Below the pieces are notes generated by a model that was not told the origin of the DNA, searched no databases, and saw nothing but the letters and a program-made list of their open reading frames with translations. The translations under genes were made by a program, and so were the position numbers. Source: an uncultured Bacteroidales bacterium (lineage in GTDB: Bacteria > Bacteroidota > Bacteroidia > Bacteroidales > ML635J-15). Taken from it: 64,000 bases of DNA. Shown here one piece after another: positions 56,933-64,000 of this stretch. The stretch's first letter is position 1, and each line of letters starts with the position of its first letter. The DNA is taken from the NCBI GenBank assembly GCA_964426585.1, contig CAYRQZ010000002.1:18530-82529 (forward strand). The letters run 5' to 3'.

Positions 56933-57724
56933 TTGGCAAGAATAATTACATTTACAACAGATTGGTCGGCTAGCGATTATTATATCGGAGCTGTTAAGGC
57001 AGCTATACTTGCTAAGTGTAATAATGTGTATTTTATTGACATAAGCCATAATATTGAACATTTTTCAATTTTTCAGGCAGCTTTTGTTTTAAAAGCTAGT
57101 TATAAAAATTTTCCAAGCGGGAGTATTCATATTATAGGTGTTGACAGCGAACCTGACAAAGATGGCTATATTCTAGTTTCAAAATTCGATTCGCAATATT
57201 TTATAAGCTCTAATAACGGTTGTACTGGTTTTATTTTTGACAATGAGCCTGAATTATCAGTTTTAGTAGAAACAGGGTTTGCTTTTGACGGAGCCTCTTT
57301 TATTGAATTAAACTTATTTGCTCAAATTGCAGCTTTTATTGCTAAAGATGGAGATATTTTAAAATTAGGAGAGAGAACAAACAAAATTAAACAAAAACTT
57401 GCACAAAACTGTCAAATAGAACCTGATTTTATTAATGGACAAGTCATTTATATTGATTCGTATCAGAACGCTATAACAAATATTAGTCGTGAAATTTTTG
57501 ATGAGTACATTGGCGATAGGAAATTTGAGATTTTAATAAATACAAACAGAACTAAAGTAAATGAAATTAAGCTATCTTACAAAGAAGTGGGCAGTGGTGA
57601 AATTGTTTGTATTTTTAACTCATTAGGCTTGTTAGAAATTGCCATTCGCGAAGGGAAAGCAGCACAATTATTAAATTTAGACAACAAATCTGAAATTAGA
57701 ATAAGATTTAATTCTGGCAAATGA
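56933..57724 (+). CDS. SAM hydrolase / SAM hydroxide adenosyltransferase family (DUF62, chlorinase/fluorinase-like)
   Basis: 263 aa with a TTG start. N-terminus IITFTTDWS..DYYIGAVKAAIL, then HIIGVDS and YIDSYQNAITNI, typical of the family. Confidence 0.8.
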   Translation: MARIITFTTDWSASDYYIGAVKAAILAKCNNVYFIDISHNIEHFSIFQAAFVLKASYKNFPSGSIHIIGVDSEPDKDGYILVSKFDSQYFISSNNGCTGFIFDNEPELSVLVETGFAFDGASFIELNLFAQIAAFIAKDGDILKLGERTNKIKQKLAQNCQIEPDFINGQVIYIDSYQNAITNISREIFDEYIGDRKFEILINTNRTKVNEIKLSYKEVGSGEIVCIFNSLGLLEIAIREGKAAQLLNLDNKSEIRIRFNSGK

Positions 57725-58839
57725 GAAATTTAGTCATTTTAATTATTTTAACCCTTAATTCATTTTATATTTTTTCACAAAAATTTAGTTATTTTGAAAT
57801 AAAGCCTATGCTTGGTGAGTTTTTACCGCATCATAAAATAATGAGTTCTTTAGAAAAACTTCCAAGCTACGGAATTGAGTTAAATTATTTTAGTAAACAC
57901 TCAAGTGAGGAATATTTTAATAAAAGATACAAATACCCATTTAGAGGTTTTGGTGTAAGTTACATGAATTTAGGAAATTCCAAAATATTAGGCAGTTCTT
58001 TTTCGAGCTACGCAATATTAGAATTTCAACTTGCCAAAATTTTTGGTTTTGATTTTAATTTTCGAGGATCATCAGGTTTATCTTATTTAACAAAGAAATA
58101 CGACAAAGATTTAAATCCACAAAACATTGCAATAGGGACACATTTGAATTATTATTTTAATCTTGATTTTAATCTTTTGTATAAATGGAAAAATAATAAT
58201 CTATTTCGTTTTGGTGCAGAATTTTCGCATAACTCAAACGGAGCGGTAAAAAAACCTAACTTAGGTATAAATCAAGTATTTCTTTATTTCTCTTATAATC
58301 ATTTACTTACCGAAAAGTCAGAATTTAATTATAGCGAATATTCACGCAAAAATTTAAGCCCTCACGAAGTTTACGCAATGATTACCTACAGCACTTCTGA
58401 CGAATACTCTAAAGCTCCAGAAGGCCGTGGCGCTGGTTTTATTTGTAGTACTCAAGCAATAGCTTACAATTATCAATATTCTAATTTAGGAAAACTCGGA
58501 GTTTCTCACGATATTATGTACAATGCCAACCTTCGTTATTATTATGATTATGTACGCGACACTTTAATCATGCATCATAAGGAAATAAACGAGGTTTTAA
58601 AATATGGACTTAGCTTTGGACATCAATTAATATATAATAGGTTAGAATTTATTGTATTTATGGGGTTTTATTATTATCACCAAGCAAAGCGAAGCGATAA
58701 GTTTTACACTAGAATTGGTGCAAGATATTACCTTTCAGATTACTTTTTTATAAATCTTAGCATAAGAGCCTTTGGTTTTAAAGCACATTATATAGAATCA
58801 GGAATAGGATTTTCGTTTAGGAAGAAACTCGCGAATTAA
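57721..58839 (+). CDS. Outer-membrane acyloxyacyl hydrolase / lipid A deacylase (PagL)-like beta-barrel protein
   Basis: 372 aa with signal ...FYIFS|Q. FSHNSNGAVKKPNLGINQ resembles the PagL H-x-S-N-G / PN.G.N active-site region. The ATG overlaps the DUF62 stop (ATGA at 57721-57724). Confidence 0.55.
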   Translation: MRNLVILIILTLNSFYIFSQKFSYFEIKPMLGEFLPHHKIMSSLEKLPSYGIELNYFSKHSSEEYFNKRYKYPFRGFGVSYMNLGNSKILGSSFSSYAILEFQLAKIFGFDFNFRGSSGLSYLTKKYDKDLNPQNIAIGTHLNYYFNLDFNLLYKWKNNNLFRFGAEFSHNSNGAVKKPNLGINQVFLYFSYNHLLTEKSEFNYSEYSRKNLSPHEVYAMITYSTSDEYSKAPEGRGAGFICSTQAIAYNYQYSNLGKLGVSHDIMYNANLRYYYDYVRDTLIMHHKEINEVLKYGLSFGHQLIYNRLEFIVFMGFYYYHQAKRSDKFYTRIGARYYLSDYFFINLSIRAFGFKAHYIESGIGFSFRKKLAN

Positions 58840-58871
58840 TAAAATTTGTAAAGTATAAAATATAATATAAC

Positions 58872-60944
58872 TTATTCTGTTTTAACTAATTTTATTGTTT
58901 TATTTCCAGAATCTGATTTTAAGTTCATAATATAAATACCTGCAGGAAGTTTATTTACCAAATGCGAAGCATCATAAAGCTCAGAATTATAGTTTTTCTC
59001 AATTAATATATTACCTGTATAGTCTAAAATTTTCATGTTTATATTTTTATTTGCTTCAAAATTTTGAATAAAAAGTTCGTTCACAAAAGGGTTTGGAAAA
59101 ACTTGTAAAGGCATAGCATTACATTCATCAACATTTAAAGGTTCTTCTTGTTCGAGTTTAACATCATCGATATACAGAGTTTTTCCACCTCCTGAAATCA
59201 CTTCAATTACAAGTCTTAAATTATTTGATTTAAGTTTATTTTTCTTTATTACAAAGCTATGAGTTTTCCAATCTTCGTTTGCAGGGACATAATTACCATA
59301 AGATGAAACATAAGTCGAAGTTAAATTAGTACCTGTCAAAACATATACTAATTTCAAAGAATCTCCACAAGCCGTACTCATATAAATATGAATTCTGTCG
59401 GCGGAATTAGAATTTAAACGCCCATAAGCACATTTCATGCTTACTGTAATGTTACGGCTTGTATCGTCAACGTATATATTAGGTAAATACACTTTATTTC
59501 TGGTTTCCTTAACATTATTTTTATTAATAATTCTCAAAGATTTTCCGTCGGAATAACCATAATTTGAAATTTCCCAGTGTGCTTCACCATTATTTTCGAA
59601 ATAGAAATCATTAAACGATTCGCTTTCGGTTAAAGGGAATAATGAAGTTTCAAAATTTTCGATATAAGGCAGAGTTTTCCCATGATTAACATCGTAAACT
59701 CTAATATAGTTTTCTCTGGTTTTTGAATCAGTTCCGCTTTCGTTTTCTGCTATTAAGGTAGTAGAAAAGACCCCAGGTTGATTATAAGTAACATGTGGGT
59801 TTGGAAGATTTGAAGAACTAGGGGTACCGTTTTCAAAATTCCAAATATAATTTCCGACAAAATCTGTATTATGAGTTAAGTCATAATAAGAAATGGAATA
59901 GCCAGTACATGTTAAAATGGAATTAGCAGTAAAATCGGCAATAGGTTCACAAACTTGTGCCACATATTCATTGTTTGTTCCAGTTGCCACAAGATTTGAC
60001 TGAGAATGCAAATTATTTCTACCTGCCACTGAAGAGTTTAAAGTTGCACGCATAACATTTGCTTGACCTTGAGTGAACATCACATAGCAATATGAATATT
60101 CCATAAAATTTTGGACATTATCTAAAGTACCACATGTAACTGCATTAATATTACAAGTTGTATGCCCAATGGTATTTGGAGTATCTTCTATACCATCATC
60201 TATATCGCAATTACTCGACAAACCAGGTTCATTTGAATTGCCCCAAGGATGTGGTAAATTAAGGTAATGCCCTGCCTCGTGCGTCAAAACACTACCATGC
60301 CCCACATTACTAGTTCCATTAGTACCAACATATTCATGCAACAAAATAATTCCATCACTTCCATAAGGAGCGGTTCCAGGATAATAAGACCAGCCGGCAG
60401 CACCTTCTCCTAGCACTTTTACAGTCCAAACATTCAAATATTTTTCGGGAGGCCAAGTTGGCGAGGCTTCTTTAGCTGCTTCATATCCTGCGCTAGTAGC
60501 TTCAGAAGCTGTCCTAACAACACCAATTGTGCAATTCCCCCAAGGGTCAATGCGTGCAAGGCGAAATTCAATTTTTGCATCAGCAGCTATAGACTTAAAC
60601 GCTGGGTGAATAAGAGTTGTATCAGGTCGTCTTTTGCGATAATCAGTATTCATTTGCTCAACAGCTCCTAAAATTTGTTGATACGATATATTTTCTTCGC
60701 CATAGTTATGCACAACATGAAAAACAACAGGAATAATGTAAACGTCATCAGATTTTGGATTGTTTTTAATATATTCTTTTACAAACTCATCTAAATATTG
60801 ACGTTGTAAAAGTAAGTTCGGGTTTTGGTCTACTAATTTCCAATAAATTTGATCAGTAGCACAACGCCAAGTTTCATTCTCATCTTGAGATAACAAATTT
60901 AAAGAGAAAAAAACAACAATAAATAAACCAAGGAAGAATTTCAT
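58872..60944 (-). CDS. T9SS-secreted M43 (pappalysin/cytophagalysin-like) zinc metalloprotease with PKD domain and type-A CTD
   Basis: 690 aa with signal ...LNLLS|Q. Zinc site HEAGHYLNLPHPWG, a PKD-like segment (ADFTAN...WNFENGTPSSS...HVTYNQPGVFSTTLIAEN), and C-terminus LQVFPNPFVNELFIQ...GIYIMNL...IKLVKTE. Confidence 0.85.
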   Translation of the reverse strand: MKFFLGLFIVVFFSLNLLSQDENETWRCATDQIYWKLVDQNPNLLLQRQYLDEFVKEYIKNNPKSDDVYIIPVVFHVVHNYGEENISYQQILGAVEQMNTDYRKRRPDTTLIHPAFKSIAADAKIEFRLARIDPWGNCTIGVVRTASEATSAGYEAAKEASPTWPPEKYLNVWTVKVLGEGAAGWSYYPGTAPYGSDGIILLHEYVGTNGTSNVGHGSVLTHEAGHYLNLPHPWGNSNEPGLSSNCDIDDGIEDTPNTIGHTTCNINAVTCGTLDNVQNFMEYSYCYVMFTQGQANVMRATLNSSVAGRNNLHSQSNLVATGTNNEYVAQVCEPIADFTANSILTCTGYSISYYDLTHNTDFVGNYIWNFENGTPSSSNLPNPHVTYNQPGVFSTTLIAENESGTDSKTRENYIRVYDVNHGKTLPYIENFETSLFPLTESESFNDFYFENNGEAHWEISNYGYSDGKSLRIINKNNVKETRNKVYLPNIYVDDTSRNITVSMKCAYGRLNSNSADRIHIYMSTACGDSLKLVYVLTGTNLTSTYVSSYGNYVPANEDWKTHSFVIKKNKLKSNNLRLVIEVISGGGKTLYIDDVKLEQEEPLNVDECNAMPLQVFPNPFVNELFIQNFEANKNINMKILDYTGNILIEKNYNSELYDASHLVNKLPAGIYIMNLKSDSGNKTIKLVKTE

Positions 60945-61316
60945 AAAATGTTAAAGTATTAAGTAATCTTTTTTACAAAGAAACAACATATTAGAAAAAG
61001 AAAATGTTAATTATTTTATTTTTATATAAACAACAAAATAATCTAGATTATATCCCTTAACATCATCATTAATAAATAACTATTCAAATATTTAAAAACT
61101 GAATTGTTAAAATATAAATTGTAGATTCTGTCTACTAATAAAACATTAACCATTCATATTTTTGAAAAAAATAAACAAAATTATCTAAAACAAGTAAAAA
61201 TAAAAAGAAAATGGTTCGACTTTCAAAAGCTGAACTAATTAGTTTGAAAAAAAAGAAACCTTTTTTAATAATATTACGTTATTAATATTTGGGGCAACAA
61301 AGAGCATAAGAACTAA

Positions 61317-64000
61317 TTAACTTTTCACAAATTTTCTTGTTTTATCACCAAACTTAATAAAATACAATCCTTCTTTTAGCTTACTAACATCTACCCTATT
61401 TTGTTTTGTGTTGCTTTTTAAAACTGTTCTTCCTTGAATGTCACAAATTTCGAAAGCCATCTCTTTGTTAAAAAACAAAATATTTGTTGCAGGGTTTGGA
61501 TATATTCGTATATCCTCATTTATACTTATTTCGGAATTAGCAAATTCGTCAACAATAAGAATAACAGGAACATAGACAGTATCATTTGTTTTATAAATGG
61601 CTAGGCTACAAGAATATTCACCTGAAGGCATGCCATTAGAATTAAATTCCAATATCACTTCACTTTCTTCTTCTACCCCTAAATTATCGCCAGTAAAATC
61701 GGTACTAATCCAAGTAATTGGAAAACCAAGATTTATGAAATTCAAATTTCCTGAAACATTATGTGGTTCACTTCCATAAATATCACCATATATAGAATAA
61801 TTAATAGTTAAATTTCCTTCAAAACTTGGGTCAACATGGGCAAAAACTTTAACACTAGCAGTTTCGTTATTAGAAATCATTCCCCAATTATTAATATTGT
61901 CCCGAACTCCGTACCATCGAAACTCTCCACTGTTTCCAAGTTCGCCAGCAATTAAATTTAAAGTGTCGTTACTTGAATCAATAAAAGGGCTCAAAGAGTC
62001 TACAATAAATCCTTGCGGGAAGTCCATTCCAACTTCTTTAATCCACTCAGAATCGGTAGTTCTATTAGTTAAAGTAAAAACCCATTCTAAAGCTGTGTCA
62101 AGATAAAAAGAACTGTTATCACATATTATGTCTGAATTAAGAATACTTTTTTGAAAATCAAGCCATGGAGTATAAGATAAAATTTTAAATCTAAAATTTT
62201 GCAATCCGCCTCCGGTATTAGAAATAATAAGAGTTTCGGTATCCATTTGATTTGGAGGCATAATTTTATAAAAATGATTTGGGCTAAAACTAAGCTCTTG
62301 TTCGGGGTCATAAAGTGGCGGGAATTTGATAAGATCTATCCAAGCTGCATCCATTCCTGCGCTAACCGAAACATCTTTTTTATATATCCACTTAAAGTTT
62401 CTATTTCCAGCTTGAACAGGGAAACTAACTTTTGCCCAATCTAGTTCTCCGTCCCACCTCATCATTTCTTGATTATCAATCAAGAATACTAAATAATCCC
62501 AATTATTAGTAGAACCATCTTCGCATGAAACTTTTCTATAAAAGCTAATTTCACCATTTGAAAGAACTCTAACGTCAAATTCTATTACGGAGGAGGAATT
62601 GTGTCCGATATTGCCAGATTTTAAACAATAGTTACCTTCGAAAGGTGTTTCCTGACTAATATTCCAAGGTAAATTACCTGAGCTTGACCAGTTAAAAGCT
62701 GAAAAATCTCCTGTTTCCCAGTCTTCAAAAATTTGACCAATACTTAAATAAGTTGCAATATCTTTTTGATAGCCATTAATATCAGAAATATGAAAATTTA
62801 AAATAGCTATATGCCCAGAAGGGGCGTTATCATCAACAGTGAAATTGATAACTACATTTTTAGATTGATTAGCTTCTATACCGTTTACATTAAATAAATT
62901 TTGATTGAAGCTTAAGAATTGATCTTGAGTTGTAAGGTTAATATCAAAATTTCCGATATGTGCTGCGCCAATATTTTTAAAAGTAAAAGCAACATCAGTT
63001 GTTTCACCAATATCAAGAGCGTTATTATCGGAGTCATCAACAAAAAATGAATAAAGGGAAATATCGGCAGTATAAACTAAAAAGGTTTTATCAAAATTCC
63101 ATGAACTTGCACCAGCAACAGTACTAACGTGTATAGTAATTTCCTCGTTATTGTAAAAATTATAATTTAGATTCATATAAAAAGCAGGGTTAACTATAAT
63201 TTCTTGTCCGGGATTTAATAAATAAAAGACATAAGTATCGTTAGCAAAACTTACATTTGTATTGTCGCAACTTAACTTTACCATTACATTTGAAAGTTGT
63301 GTTTCGGTAACATTCTTAATAATTAAATTAAGTCCTGAGTTAGTGCCCCAATTAACAGCATTAGCATTATTTGTAAGGCTAACATTTACAATCATCCCTT
63401 CGGTTGAAATAGGAATAGTTTTCTTATTAACTAAACCTTTTGCGTCAATAATTTTAATATTTAAAGGATAATTCACGAGTTCAGAAGTTGGGATTCCAGT
63501 TAACAAGCCATTTTCATTTAAATTAAAATAATCAGGTGCTATTGCTGGATAAAAGACATATCCAACATTAGAAATATTGCCAATTTTACCACTTAACGGA
63601 GTTTCGATTAAATTGGCAAAATCGCCATTAGATATTCCAGAAACCCAGTTATTTGAAGTATTTGCAGTGCAATTATTATAAAAAATTGTAATCTCGCCAT
63701 TTGCATTTAGTTTTAGCGAAACGTCAATATCATTGCCAACCCATCTAACAATGTAAGAATCAGCTTGGGCATAATAAAACACATTAGATTGCGTTTGAGA
63801 GTTAAAAGCGGAAATAATTTTTCTGTTTTCAAAATTAACAATATAAGAATTATAGTTATTTGAATTATATGGTAAGTTAGCTTGCAATGGTGTAAAGCTC
63901 AGGTATCCATTAGGGCTAACATAAATTCCGTTATAAGTTTGTCCAAAATATTCAAATTCGAATGGTAATTCTTTATAAGTACCAGTTAATGGTAATGTTA
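61317..64000 (-). CDS. Large T9SS type-A CTD cargo protein of unknown function, N-terminus outside window
   Basis: The minus-strand frame stays open from the track's TTG (63887) to nt 64000, so the gene continues beyond the edge. C-terminus IRIYPNPATNILFF...GLYFIKFGDKTRKFVKS is a Por secretion tail. Internal beta-rich Ig/jelly-roll-like segments have no catalytic motif that I recognise. Confidence 0.75.
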   Translation of the reverse strand, partial: TLPLTGTYKELPFEFEYFGQTYNGIYVSPNGYLSFTPLQANLPYNSNNYNSYIVNFENRKIISAFNSQTQSNVFYYAQADSYIVRWVGNDIDVSLKLNANGEITIFYNNCTANTSNNWVSGISNGDFANLIETPLSGKIGNISNVGYVFYPAIAPDYFNLNENGLLTGIPTSELVNYPLNIKIIDAKGLVNKKTIPISTEGMIVNVSLTNNANAVNWGTNSGLNLIIKNVTETQLSNVMVKLSCDNTNVSFANDTYVFYLLNPGQEIIVNPAFYMNLNYNFYNNEEITIHVSTVAGASSWNFDKTFLVYTADISLYSFFVDDSDNNALDIGETTDVAFTFKNIGAAHIGNFDINLTTQDQFLSFNQNLFNVNGIEANQSKNVVINFTVDDNAPSGHIAILNFHISDINGYQKDIATYLSIGQIFEDWETGDFSAFNWSSSGNLPWNISQETPFEGNYCLKSGNIGHNSSSVIEFDVRVLSNGEISFYRKVSCEDGSTNNWDYLVFLIDNQEMMRWDGELDWAKVSFPVQAGNRNFKWIYKKDVSVSAGMDAAWIDLIKFPPLYDPEQELSFSPNHFYKIMPPNQMDTETLIISNTGGGLQNFRFKILSYTPWLDFQKSILNSDIICDNSSFYLDTALEWVFTLTNRTTDSEWIKEVGMDFPQGFIVDSLSPFIDSSNDTLNLIAGELGNSGEFRWYGVRDNINNWGMISNNETASVKVFAHVDPSFEGNLTINYSIYGDIYGSEPHNVSGNLNFINLGFPITWISTDFTGDNLGVEEESEVILEFNSNGMPSGEYSCSLAIYKTNDTVYVPVILIVDEFANSEISINEDIRIYPNPATNILFFNKEMAFEICDIQGRTVLKSNTKQNRVDVSKLKEGLYFIKFGDKTRKFVKS

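Noticed and set aside
61211-61285. 24-codon mini-ORF (MVRLSKAELISLKKKKPFLIILRY) in the spacer between the two cargo genes.
   Set aside because: It is too short, has no promoter box or conservation evidence, and has a composition typical of random AT-rich sequence.
1-64000. Alternative genetic code or recoding (TGA or TAG reassignment, frameshifts).
   Set aside because: All conserved genes translate full-length in the standard code, with ends where expected. No adjacent same-strand ORF pairs look like split genes.

Overview
This is a strongly AT-rich, densely coding chromosomal segment. It reads as a gliding, type IX secretion (T9SS) member of the Bacteroidota. Support for that placement: TAnnTTTG-type -7 promoter boxes sit in front of many genes, secreted proteins have signal peptides ending ...A/S/G|Q, and gld/por genes are present. 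I call about 46 protein genes and one tRNA-Arg(CCU).

Housekeeping genes: uvrA, engB, hslR, nadE, adk, obg, topA, a class A PBP, hflX, upp, aspS, purC and phoH.

Gliding/T9SS content:
- A complete porP-gldK-gldL-gldM-gldN operon (33.0-39.4 kb, minus strand) and gldB.
- Two further PorP/SprF paralogues.
- One type-B-CTD protein with nine SprB repeats.
- Three type-A-CTD cargo proteins: a PGRP-type amidase, an M43 metalloprotease, and a large protein cut by the right edge.

Other modules:
- An arginine decarboxylase / agmatinase / deoxyhypusine-synthase-like polyamine cluster.
- A TMTC-like GT-C/TPR membrane protein translationally coupled to a Dpm1-like GT2.
- A CPGS/COG2403-family P-loop protein.
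- A DUF62 SAM hydrolase coupled to a PagL-like outer-membrane protein.

I saw no CRISPR array, transposase, integrase, phage genes, rRNA or obvious pseudogenes. Nothing here can be declared a new system from sequence alone. The best candidates for follow-up are:
1. The 5.1-15.5 kb T9SS cargo island (secreted amidase, then a small secreted protein, a novel-headed SprB-repeat protein and two PorP/SprF genes).
2. The TMTC-like/GT2 pair.
3. The ADC-SpeB-DHS-like cluster.

All functional calls rest on motif recognition by eye. No database search was run.
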